Source of the DNA: Collodictyon triciliatum
Taxonomy: Eukaryota
Assembly (NCBI GenBank): GCA_043381765.1
Contig: JBHJMP010000936.1
Span: 1-32,433 of the forward strand
Reading direction: 5' to 3'
DNA: 32,433 bases
The position numbers and the translations under genes were made by a program. This document shows positions 1-11,600 of this stretch, piece by piece (within the stretch, counting starts at the first letter, position 1; each line of letters starts with the position of its first letter). The notes beneath the pieces were generated by a model, which worked only from the letters and a program-made list of their open reading frames with translations, did no database searches and was not told the DNA's origin.

Positions 1-1360
1 GATATCCACAAATACCGCGAAAAATGGGAAGCGAGATACTTGCGAGACTTTGAGCAGATGGAGAAATGGTTCTTTGGACTAGGAAAGGAAAAAGAAAAGA
101 CCATGTATCCTCCCTACACACCATCTGTGGACATGCAGCATTTATTACCTCGCAACAACAAAAAGAACACCCACGTCTTCTTCTCAAAGATGTGGTCAAG
201 ACGAGACTATGATGCTGCTACCCTCGAGCTTATCACCACAAACTGCTCCAAGGCTTCACCCTCGCAAGCAGCCAGCATGATAGCACCAATAGATGCAAGC
301 GAATTGTGGAAAGCGGTCAAGTCGCTGCACAACGAAAAGGCACCAGGTTCAGACAGGCTGCCCAACGGAATATACTGTGCTTTCTTTAATGAGGTCAAGG
401 CATCCTTGGTGACTTTTCTGAATGGAATCATGTCTGGTGGCGACCTACCGCAAGGATTTACCGAGGCCACGGTGCGGCTGATACCAAAGAAAGGAAACTC
501 GAGCAATCTTGCAGACTGGCGGCCAATATCACTGTTGAATAACGACTATAAGATATAAACGACGCTACTCAGAAATCGCATATCACCCATCGCTGACAAA
601 CTCATATCCAAAGAGCAGATTGGTTTCATGAAAGGAAGGAACATCGACACAAACATCTGGGTTGTCAACAAAGAGTACATGGAATATCAAGTAGACGGGA
701 CACCCCGCGCTATGATTTTCTACAACCTGGAGAAAGCATATGACTATGTGAACCACGAAGAATTGGAAACCATCCTACACAAAAGAGGCTTCTGTACCGG
801 ATTCACCAGCCTTATCAAGAAATTGCACGACAATGCAACAGCGAGGGTACTCACGGCACACGGACTTACGGATGCAATCCAAAGACAGAGCGGGGTGTAT
901 CAAGGCTGCCTACTTGCATTACTGCTTTTCAACTTTGTCGCTGACTGCCTTGCAAACCACTTCTGAAATGAAAACAAGGTGCGCAACCAACTGCTACTTC
1001 AATATGCAGACGACACAGCATTCATCTTGCGGTCTCCCGAAGGCGCCACACTCGCCAACAAATGCATGCAAGAATACACACGAGCTGTCGGCGGAATATC
1101 AACTAAGACAAGACAGATGGAATTCTTTTTGGGTTTCAGGATGGACTTATGTTTCCAGGGAAACATTGTGTGGAAGCCACCTTGACATCCACTCAAGTAT
1201 CTTGGCATCATATTCGGTCCACAATCGGATAGCAAATGGACAACCCTGGTTGAGGACATCAAGTCGAAAATATCAGTATGGAGCAACTTTCATCTTTCGG
1301 ACGTGGGGAAAGTAAGGTTGTGGAATCGAGTGATGCTGTCGACCCTTATCTACAACATGA
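1..1360 (+). mobile_element. Degenerate non-LTR retrotransposon (L1/Tx1-like) ORF2 fragment, reverse transcriptase domain; pseudogenised, cut by window start and gap
   Basis: One reading frame (frame 1) with LINE RT motifs KAPGSD, LIPKKG, WRPISLLNNDYKI, EQIGFMKGR, LEKAYD, GVxQG, QYADD (YADD at 1003-1014) and KYLGI. Three in-frame stops (556-558 TAA, 964-966 TGA, 1183-1185 TGA), no frameshifts, no introns. Confidence 0.93.
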
Positions 1361-2267
1361 NNNNNNNNNNNNNNNNNNNNNNNNNNNNNNNNNNNNNNNN
1401 NNNNNNNNNNNNNNNNNNNNNNNNNNNNNNNNNNNNNNNNNNNNNNNNNNNNNNNNNNNNNNNNNNNNNNNNNNNNNNNNNNNNNNNNNNNNNNNNNNNN
1501 NNNNNNNNNNNNNNNNNNNNNNNNNNNNNNNNNNNNNNNNNNNNNNNNNNNNNNNNNNNNNNNNNNNNNNNNNNNNNNNNNNNNNNNNNNNNNNNNNNNN
1601 NNNNNNNNNNNNNNNNNNNNNNNNNNNNNNNNNNNNNNNNNNNNNNNNNNNNNNNNNNNNNNNNNNNNNNNNNNNNNNNNNNNNNNNNNNNNNNNNNNNN
1701 NNNNNNNNNNNNNNNNNNNNNNNNNNNNNNNNNNNNNNNNNNNNNNNNNNNNNNNNNNNNNNNNNNNNNNNNNNNNNNNNNNNNNNNNNNNNNNNNNNNN
1801 NNNNNNNNNNNNNNNNNNNNNNNNNNNNNNNNNNNNNNNNNNNNNNNNNNNNNNNNNNNNNNNNNNNNNNNNNNNNNNNNNNNNNNNNNNNNNNNNNNNN
1901 NNNNNNNNNNNNNNNNNNNNNNNNNNNNNNNNNNNNNNNNNNNNNNNNNNNNNNNNNNNNNNNNNNNNNNNNNNNNNNNNNNNNNNNNNNNNNNNNNNNN
2001 NNNNNNNNNNNNNNNNNNNNNNNNNNNNNNNNNNNNNNNNNNNNNNNNNNNNNNNNNNNNNNNNNNNNNNNNNNNNNNNNNNNNNNNNNNNNNNNNNNNN
2101 NNNNNNNNNNNNNNNNNNNNNNNNNNNNNNNNNNNNNNNNNNNNNNNNNNNNNNNNNNNNNNNNNNNNNNNNNNNNNNNNNNNNNNNNNNNNNNNNNNNN
2201 NNNNNNNNNNNNNNNNNNNNNNNNNNNNNNNNNNNNNNNNNNNNNNNNNNNNNNNNNNNNNNNNNNA
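1361..2267. other. Assembly gap (N run)
   Basis: Run of N. Confidence 1.
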
Positions 2268-2569
2268 AATAACCATAAAAATCAATATCAATCATTTTTT
2301 ATTTGAGAAAAAATCTTTATGTCTTCACATGTCAAGCCCCAAAGCCAATCAGCTTCCCTTGCAAACCTTATCTTCGCCCCTCTTAAAATCAAGCCTCCGT
2401 CAAAGCACAGGCAGGTAAATCCCAGTGTCACACAAACTTCATCCAGCCCTGTGAAAGCAGATGGCCACACCGCGCTGAAGGCACGAAGAGAGGCGTAAGG
2501 CAGAAGTACAAGGAGGAGCTGTTAAGGATGCAGAGAAGAAGCATGGTGATTCGGACTGAACGAAGCGGC

Positions 2570-3309
2570 TTATGACGAGGGCCCATCACTCGGAGCGGGT
2601 GTGCGGCGAGTGCGATAAGCCACAGCCTTGTTGACTGAAGCAACAACCTCCTTCAAGATGGCGTCGCCCATGTTCTAGAGAGTACAAGCCGGTGAGCTAG
2701 TCATTCAGTCTTGAAGAGGAGGCGCATTTGGTATGTAGAGGATCCGCAGAAGCATAAAGGATTCTGCTGGGCAAATATCAAGCAACAGAGCTGGGTCACA
2801 ACTGAACCTTTCGGATGCGATCCTGTCCCTCCGTGTCTTTGAGGAAGTCATCGACGTGTGTGTTGCGGATGTTCTCCGGCATGTCTGTGTGGCTTTCGCT
2901 CGGGCGGCTGCCAGTCATGATATATCTGTGCTCGTGTATTAGATAGTGGGTGCAGAGCCATGAGAGTTGGCCAGCTTGGGCGCTTGCCCAGACAAGTATC
3001 GATCAGGCGGAGCCATGCTTAGAGTTGCGTCCAGGGTGAACAAGCGACGCAACAACTAGGCTCCCATGATCAAAGGAAGAAACGAAAGAAGCGAAAGACA
3101 AAAGAGACAAATACTTGATCGACAAGCAATCGTCGTTCGTTTTTCGTTTCGTGAGGAGAGTATTTGCTCATTTTCTTTCTTTAAATAGAGAAATAAATAA
3201 AGTGTGAGAGGTGGTTGCAGAATATCGACAAACGAGAGTGGAAGCAAACAAACCCGCCACTGAAGACGCAGAAGTATGATCGTCCCTCCTTCTTTGCAGT
3301 CCACGACAT
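2570..3309 (-). CDS. Small spliced hypothetical protein (102 aa with the 30-nt exon, 92 aa without)
   Basis: Coding exons 3309-3254, 3017-2988 (optional), 2925-2808, 2674-2570 join in frame: MSWTAKKEGRSYFCVFSGG-MAPPDRYLSG-YIMTGSRPSESHTDMPENIRNTHVDDFLKDTEGQDRIRK-NMGDAILKEVVASVNKAVAYRTRRTPAPSDGPSS*. Many C/G-ending codons, a CTAAT branch site before 2926, and a probable 5'UTR intron 3481-3341 (GTGAGT...CCCCAG). Confidence 0.65.
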
Positions 3310-3642
3310 TGTGACTTTGTGAATGCTGTGTGAGAAGCTCCTGGGGTATTAAGCGTGAATACTAACAAACGGTGAGTGTTCATCCCAATCATATGAAGCG
3401 GATTCAAAGTCCTTGGATCACGGGCAATGGAGATCAGACAACTGGGGTTGTGATGCCTTCCACGGGCGGTGATTGACTCACGACAAACTGTGATCTGCTG
3501 ATGATCAAACCGCAGCGATGAATTAAAAAAAAAGTGGAGATAGTTAAACGTTTTGTCCGCATTAGTCGAATTGAGGTCGATAAGCTTTATCTGGATGTTT
3601 TGTCCGAGGGTGGAAGGTGTGGCAGCGCTGGCTCCTGGTCTC

Positions 3643-4787
3643 TTAAATCTCGTCCGACTGAAGGCGCTTGTGGTTCCTGGCCATCATGAAAAAGTTTTCG
3701 CAGTTGTGCTTCTTGAATAATTGGCGCGCATCTTCAAGCTTGTCAAAGTGGTTGTAAGAAAACTTGCTGAAGAACGGTTTCTCAGAAACTCCCTGCAGCA
3801 AAATGTTACAATTATAATTGTTATTGTTCTTTTTTTTTTTTTTTTACAAAAAAAGAAATAATAATAATCGGCTTCACGCACTTTCTATCGTGCCGATTGG
3901 AATAATTGTTGGTTGTTTTTGAGGGCAAACTGTGGAGCTGGTGCAAACCTGCCAAATCAAGACACAGCTGTTTTGTGTCTTTGAAGAATCACCGTGCTCT
4001 TCATCTCCGTTATCCTCCTCTTCTTCCTCCTCCTCTTCATCATCCTTCGAGTCCCACTTGATGCGTCTCAACATCACACCAGAGAAACGGCGTGTGGACT
4101 TCTGGCCTGAAAATGGTAAACAAAAATAGAAACGTGAAAAGATTTATCTTGCCTGATGAAATTATGATTAGCAATATGCATAAATGACAAAATATTTATC
4201 CCAGTGGATTCACAAAAGGAGGACAGATATACTTCACCAGTTTCTTTTTTTTCTTTTTATTCCATTCATAGCGAGATTTAGTAAAGTCACAATGTGGAAT
4301 TTCATATTCATAGTAGCGAAGTTATACCTCCTTCAACCACAACAACACTCATTTCACTCGTGACAGCCATCGCACCGTGCAAGAGATACTTGTTTGCATT
4401 GAGCTCAATTTTGCTTCGGAATCGGCGCCTGGACAAGTCATCCACTCTTCGATAGGCGTCAAAAACAATGAGAAAAAGAAACAAGAAAAAAAATAGAGCA
4501 TGATAAAGCGGTACAAAGAGATAAAATAAAATAAGAAGAATGAGAAAGCGGAAGAAAAATTATTAGAAAATAGAATTTAGGGAGATAATAAAAATGGAAT
4601 TTCGCACCATTCACAATGTCATACCTATAAACACTGACGATATGTTCTTTTGACGTGTCTTCTTTGAACTTGCGGAGGAACTTTTCTTTCTTTTGTTCCT
4701 TCGTAAGTTTCTGGGTTTGGTTACGCCTTTCATGTTCGCGTTTACGTTGCTCGACCTATTTTTTACGATGAAGCCAGATGGTTATCA

Positions 4788-4886
<99 letters not shown>

Positions 4887-6393
4887 GAAGAAGAAGAAGA
4901 AGAAGAAGAAGCAAGTGCTGTGAAATGAAAATAAAAATATGTTGAATGAATGAACGAGCATACGTTGGTTTTTAAAACATCATGGAAGTGCATTCCATAC
5001 CTGCTTACGAACTTCAGCCTCAATTTGTGTAGGATTCTGGATTGCCTGAGTTCCCAAGACACGCATCAGTGATGACAACTTAACTAAGACGAAAAAGGGA
5101 GGTGTTATATTCTGACTGCATATATTTATTTCATCGCACAGTAGAATAGAAATATAACATGGAAAGACAGAAAAAAAACCTTTGGGTGGCGGAGGTGGAA
5201 TGAGTCCTGCTTGGATCTTTTCTTGCATATCCTTCGACGCTTCCAACTTCCTTCTTGTTTTGAGCTTCTTTCTTTCCTATACGAAGCGTTCCAGTATTTT
5301 TATGTTTTTTGTCCCAAGCATATTCCACACCTGAATACAGTGTCTCATCTGAACATGAAAGAGAACCAGCTGATAATAGCGAGGTGATTACATACTCTTT
5401 TGGTTAACATCAATGCCAGTGGAGGTGCTGTGTCGTTATCGATTCGCGGTTCTACTGGGATGGGGTGCTCAATGTAAGATGTGATTTTATCGATTCGCAG
5501 GTATGTAGCGTTTAACTCAGGATTTGAAATGGCCCCAGGGGTCGAGCTTTCCTCCTCCTTTGTGTCCATGCTATCCCTGTCTACTTTCTCGGCGTTCTGG
5601 ATTTCAAGTCCAGCAACTGTTGTTTGTTGGGCAGAAGGATAAGCTGGGCCCTTCAAAAGAATTTGGTCCCACCATTCAACAGTGGGGATGGGGTCTGCCA
5701 CCTGCATATTCAGATGGGCTCAATACATTATGCAAGGATTTGACCCTTTTCATATGAACGGCATGGAGGAATTGGTACACGTGTCAACCTGAGGAATTGA
5801 GGGTTGTATTCGAGAGGGTTTGAGATCTGATTGAGGGGAGTGAAGACGAACCTTTCGTTCACTGTCATTCACCAGCTCCAAAATGGTTGGATCTTCCATG
5901 TTCAGTTCAGAAGACCCTGTTTCTATTTTATTTTTCTCTGCTATTTCAGAAAGAAGGGCCTATGATGCATAATATGGTTGGGATTTGATAAATCAGCTTA
6001 CTTGGAATGTGGGAAATTCATAAACACAAATAAAAACTAATATAACTTTAGGAAATAATATGGAAATGTTATTTGCACAAAAATATGCAGACATCTAAAT
6101 GAATCCCTTTCGTTCTATATATTTTTATTTCAAGATACTCGATTAAATAGGTATCGGAAGGAGTTGCAACCTTGGCTCTTTGGTTTTTCCCTTTTTCTAT
6201 AAACTTTCCGGGTTTGAAAAAGTTAAAGTCCGATTTATACCGACGACCTTTGGATGCAGAAAGTCGAGGGTCTACAAATTTTGGTGTTGTATCTTCCTCG
6301 TATTTCTTCTTTTCTTTTTCAGCATCCTTTTCCAGCTTTGCTTTATTAACCTACAGAACATGTAAACCTCAGAGAATCTATACAGGTATTGAT

Positions 6394-6430
<37 letters not shown>

Positions 6431-6992
6431 TGTTCCTCTGATACTCGGTACCTTTTTTTTTTTTATATTAATACTATTTTTAGACCGCGCATACAAGTTA
6501 TATTATTTTTTCATTTCCGGTCAAGTATACCTTGAGAGTCATCGGAAGAGCAAAAGTGTGCTTAATAACATTTCCGTACTCATCTACTTCTCTCCCTTGG
6601 TCATCTAGCCTTAAGCTCATTAGTGTTACTTGCTTCTTGGGTACTTGCATCTATATTACAGAGGATGGTTTGGAAGTTAAATTTTGATTGATGAGTGTCC
6701 CATAAATATGCATTCCTGGTGTTTGATAAACAAACAATTAATGTTTGAATAGGAACTGAAGCATGTTACCAGAGTTTTGTTGTACAGTCCGGATATTTGG
6801 GCATGAACCTTGAAAAGCAATTTAATAATTATGCAAGAGAAAATAAAAAGGTATACCACACCTAGTGGTGAGGCATATTCGCACGTATGATGGATACTTG
6901 GAAGTTCAGACAAAGATACAAGAACCACATTATTGGGCGTTGGAAAGGTAAAGCAATATCTAAATGAGATACGAAACCAATACAGGGCAACC

Positions 6993-7029
<37 letters not shown>

Positions 7030-7903
7030 GGAATAGGAATCGGTTTGATAGATCAATGTGCGCTAATAAAATAAGTGTGTTTCCTTTCTTCCATACCAGT
7101 GCTGATGCCTGCCGAACACGGTCCATGGTTTCTTTGTTCGAAGGTAGTGTTGGGCGTGCAGTGGTCTCGCTTGTGTTGGAAGTGGAGCTGTGTGTCTCCG
7201 ATTTTACAGAAGCTGCGCTACTTGGAGCCGATGTAGGAGTATCGTTGGGCTTAGTTGGTGTGGGGTTGGCCACTTTCTGATACTTGTCCTGCAGGGAAGC
7301 CCTGATACTGGCGACTTTTGAGAATATCTATGCAGATTTAATGGATACTAAACGACTAAATACTAGAATAGAATAGGTCAAACAATAAGTAGATGTAATG
7401 GAGTGATATTCTTGAGCTCAAAAGTAATATTCATGAGCAATCTAATTCACCCACATAATACATAGGCATAATCGAAATACATGAAACGATATTGTAGAGA
7501 TAAAGTGGTGTTCCGAACTACCTCGGATATATTCTTTTTCAGCGGTGGGTCAGAGGTTGGAGTGGTCTTTGTCAGAGACTGTGGCACGGGCGATGCGCTG
7601 GCTGCAGTGGGAGTCTAGCGATAAAATTAGATTCTCTCAAATGTTAATTGGTATCTACTCGATTGCAATAGATGGGTGTTTGTATAGAATTGCGTTTATT
7701 TTAATAAAACGGCTCAAGGGGAAAGCGGCAAGCTGCTCTCCAATTTATATATGATATGGACTGGAGGAGAAAAAAGCTCGGCCTACCGTATTGACAGAGT
7801 CGTCCCATCTGCGTTTCTTTTGCGGTTGGTTTTCTTTGCTGTCGGCTGCCTCTGCAGTGGCAGATAGGTCTCTAAAAAAAAAAATAGGAAAAGAATGAAA
7901 GAA

Positions 7904-7990
<87 letters not shown>

Positions 7991-8003
7991 ACAAATAAAC
8001 AAA

Positions 8004-8042
<39 letters not shown>

Positions 8043-8067
8043 ACAAATAAACAAATAAATAAACAAA

Positions 8068-8098
<31 letters not shown>

Positions 8099-8255
8099 AA
8101 AGGGTGATAATCGTCAGGGAAACAAGACGAAAGGCCACAATACGCCGATGGACTTCGAAGAAGAGAACAACGTCTTGTTTGGGCGCAGAATAGACATGAC
8201 GTGAGTTGAAGGGAAGCGGCGTATTGAGAGCTTACCTCTTCTCCGGTGTCGACAT
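3643..8255 (-). CDS. PRP3: U4/U6 snRNP protein Prp3, 15 exons, about 639 aa
   Basis: Exons 8255-8236, 7871-7787, 7614-7522, 7327-7097, 6808-6770, 6650-6531, 6350-6171, 5959-5852, 5701-5396, 5276-5180, 5083-5001, 4755-4625, 4446-4328, 4106-3949, 3792-3643, all GT-AG and phase-consistent. Motifs LRLDDQGREVDEYG, IPTVEWWD, ITSYIEHPIP, LTKRERKKL, QEKIQAGLIPPPPPKVKLSSLMRVLG, VVVVEGG, MLRRIKW, NSCVLIWQG. Confidence 0.96.
4789..4911. repeat. Compound microsatellite (AAT)n(AAG)n in a Prp3 intron
   Basis: Direct reading. Confidence 0.98.
6400..6424. repeat. (TA)n microsatellite in a Prp3 intron
   Basis: Direct reading. Confidence 0.9.
6993..7031. repeat. Poly-A run followed by poly-G run in a Prp3 intron
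   Basis: Direct reading. Confidence 0.9.
7902..8100. repeat. (AAAT)n microsatellite with AAAC variants in Prp3 intron 1
   Basis: Direct reading. Confidence 0.98.
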
Positions 8256-8655
8256 TACTTTGTTGTCTGCTCGGCTGTGCTGGGTTCCTTTCTTCTGTGT
8301 TGATTGTGCAAGAGCCGGATACTTTGATCAATCACATGGCTGCGATTCTGGCTGCGTTTGATCACCAGCCCCATTCAGCGAATCCATTCAGGGTATGAAT
8401 TCAGTAAATTCTAACGTGCATTTCTATATCTGGAGTTGATTCGATCCAACACATATCCATTTTTTTTTTGCTTCGATCGATACAATCACCGCCCGTCTTG
8501 ATGGCGAATGAAAACTGACAAGCAGAAGCACAAAGCGATTCAAACTAAGAAAGAAAGAAGCAAAGAAAGAAAGAAGCAAAGAATGAACCAAGAGAATGTG
8601 GAACGTGAAAGCTTGGACAAGGGATTAAATCCACACACTTTGGCAAGTCCGTCAA
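8256..8655. promoter_or_regulatory. Putative bidirectional promoter and 5'UTR region between head-to-head Prp3 and WD40 genes
   Basis: 400 bp between the predicted ATGs at 8255 (minus) and 8656 (plus); contains two TTTGATCA motifs. Confidence 0.55.
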
Positions 8656-11600
8656 ATGAGCAGGGATCGCGTTCCGCAGCCTCCGCCGCATCCGCCCATC
8701 TCGACGATTGTTCGGCCGCCGACTCTGCTTTCTGTGCGCAGCAACAAACACGCAGACAACCCGGATTCGGTGGCATTGCAGACTCCGCTGCATTCGACTC
8801 ATTCGCTCGAACCGCCAAAGACGCCTGCAATGCGTCCCGGTTCTTCTCAGAAGCGCAGTTTGTCGTCCTCGCTCTCGTCTCGTGCTGTGGGTTCGAATGA
8901 CGCGCTCCCCCACGCAACGCGTTCTGATGGTGTTTCTTTCTTTGGTTTGTTGACTGAGAAGAAGAACAAGACAGCATACCTTCTCTTATTTTCGTTTTAT
9001 GATTTTGATTTATGATTTTGATTATTACAATAATAATTGTTTTTTTTATTGATATTGATATTGGTATTGATATTGATATCATCATCATATTAATTCTTTT
9101 TTTACCAATTCCCTCACAGCAACAACGGGAGGAAACATCCACGGATGCGATGAATCAGACAGAATTCTGAACCTCGATGACTTTCTGAATCTAGACGACC
9201 TCGTGAAGCTTAAAGCAGCCTTTTTAGGAACACAGGCAAATCAACGGAAGCGACTAGGCGAAGATGAAGTATGTTTGTTTTTTGTGTTTTTTTGTGTTTT
9301 TTTGTGTTTTTTTTGTGTTTTTGTGTTTTTTTGTGTTTTTTTGTGTTTTTTTGTGTTTTTTTGTGTTTTTGCTACGAAATTAAAAATGCTTATAATTTTG
9401 ATAAACCAAATCTTAAAAGAATGACCATTATGCTCATTTTTATTATTATATTTTACCGCTAAATCAGTTGGACCAAGCTAATATCCTAACTTATCACGAC
9501 TCAGTTTGTCGCTGCATTCCAAGGTCTGCTTGCTAAAGAAAAAAGCACGGCGGAGCTTTCTCTTTTGTTTCGAAAAATAGACGCAAACTCAGACGGGACA
9601 GTCGATTGGGATGAATTTGTCACATATTTTCTTATGGAGAATGAGCATAATATTGAGACAATCGAAGAAAAATATGTATGGTGCTGTCTCTATGACTATA
9701 TTTTAATGATTATCGTATATTTATTTGAATACACTCTCTTTACAGAAAACAAAATATTACACTCCACAAGAGTTTCCCGACCCAAACACTCCAAAATATT
9801 ATCACACCACCAGCATCGATCGGATAATTTACGTACGTTCAGAAAATGATGTACCACGTTCCGACCGGTATTTTTCGACCGGGTTTGCTTTCATTCGTCA
9901 AACTATTTTGTTCGTTTGTTTGTTTGTTTGTTTGTTTGTTTTTTTTTAAAAAAAAAAGGACTCTATAAATATTCTCTAATGCCACCGCAACTGGCATTCT
10001 TAGGTTTCTTTATCCTTGTAATTTATTTTAGCATTTTGAAATACATTTCCCAGACATGAAGGAGTCATTCGCGTTTGGCATTGCCACTCCTTGAAATATC
10101 GGACGTCTGTAAAAAACTTTGCTCTTTGGGACGATGTTTCACCAATGCCTGTGATTACATCCTGGTCACAGTCCATTAAACCACCGCCGCCTCCATCATA
10201 CATTACAGATATATTGTATGTTCCGTCGTTGCAGCGTATTGTTGTCAGCTCTATCGACCGCTCGTAAGCTTTTAACATATTTCATATCTTATTGCCCTGT
10301 TATTATCATATTTGCATTTAATTCACCAAATGTCCACAATAAACAAGATGCATCAATTTGTATCTTAACCTATGGGGTTTCGTGTCCCCTTTTGTTCCTT
10401 TTCTTTCTTTAGTATATCATTTTATGACTCCTTAAGTATGGAGCCACTTTATCGTGTCCGAGAGCTGCACAACTCGCCCATGTGTCTCGAGTATATTGAC
10501 AATGGAGAGCGAGGTTTATTGGTATTTGGGGACGATGACGGCAACATCCAATATTCACCGTTTCCAATGAAGGGAACGAAGGACAAATCGTTTAAGAGGG
10601 TTTATTTTTTTATTTTTTATTTTTTATTTTTTATTTTTTTATTTATTTGGGCATTTTGACAATCTGCTTAATCGACTGGAATTATTCATTACATTTGTAT
10701 GGTTGGTTAACCAGCAGGTTTATTTAGCGGCTTACCTTTCAAAACTATTTTCGCTCGCTACATATGCAATTTTAGACAAAGGTACATTCCGACTGGATAA
10801 ACAAAGTGAAGTATATCTCTGAGGCGCGTGTGATGATTACTTCATCACTGGACTCCACATTATCACTTGTTGACTTATCTTTTCATGTGCAAAGAGTTTT
10901 TGAGGGGCACGAAAAGGTTTCCTAGCTATATGCTTGCTTCTCCAGTCGACTGTTCTTTTACTTCTTCTTCTTCTTTTACATTATATTTGAACTCTTATGC
11001 ACTATGAACAAAAAATATTATCGACGCATTTATCATCTGTGATAAATACATGTATGATTTTGGAGACAAATCGAACTCTCCGTATCATGTGTATCATTTG
11101 ATACTGTTTTATTTCTTAATTCTTCAACATTGCAGGGTGTATATTCATTCCAGTGGTGTGCTGGTCTGAAAATGTTCGCCAGTTGTGGACTGGATAGATT
11201 AATGTTTGTGTAATTTAGCAGACTTGTTCTCTTTTTCTATTTTTTGCCTTCGATTAGCGCTTGAAACAAAATTTATACCCCATAGTCGTGTTTGGGACAC
11301 AAACGCCACACGGTCCATCATGGTTTTAAAAGGCCACAAAGCTCCAATTTTTCAGTTGGCATACAACGAAGTTGATAAGCATCTGATTTCTCTATCTGCC
11401 GACAAGGTTCATAAGTTCAAGCTCATTTTTCCCTCATCTACTTTGAAATAAGTCGCATGTTTATGTTAACTCCAAAATCCATACTTTTCATACACAGATC
11501 ATTAAAATTTGGGATATCCGCACATATCGATGTCTCCAAACCATCGACATACGCTCAGTGCTGCATACAGACGAGAGAATTTCAGCCATGATATTTGACC

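Noticed and set aside
556-1185. In-frame TAA/TGA in the RT frame as evidence of an alternative genetic code or readthrough
   Set aside because: Host exons contain no in-frame stops and genes end in TAA or TGA. The RT also has mutated conserved residues, so this is pseudogene decay.
1273-2418. Long X-filled ORFs, also at 16040-17032
   Set aside because: Artefacts of N gaps.
2988-3055. GCC-TGA-T on the minus strand resembling an antizyme +1 frameshift site
   Set aside because: The downstream frame has no ornithine decarboxylase antizyme similarity, and simple splicing explains the frame.
3482-3562. Longer 152-aa model of the small gene starting at ATG 3562 (MRTKRLTISTFFL...)
   Set aside because: The frame is open, but it starts 80 nt after the Prp3 stop, crosses a T9 run and looks UTR-like. 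ATG 3309 is preferred, though this model is not formally excluded.
4693-5062. Poly-N/Y/F/K/L/I ORFs here and at 7745-8331, 21303-21970, 26329, 27250-27576 and 29959-30162
   Set aside because: These are translations of intronic or intergenic microsatellites.
8508-9142. Overlapping ORFs 8508-8900 (+) and 8540-9142 (-) as separate genes
   Set aside because: Shadows of the GC-rich first exon (8656-8929), whose phase-1 donor matches WD40 exon 2.
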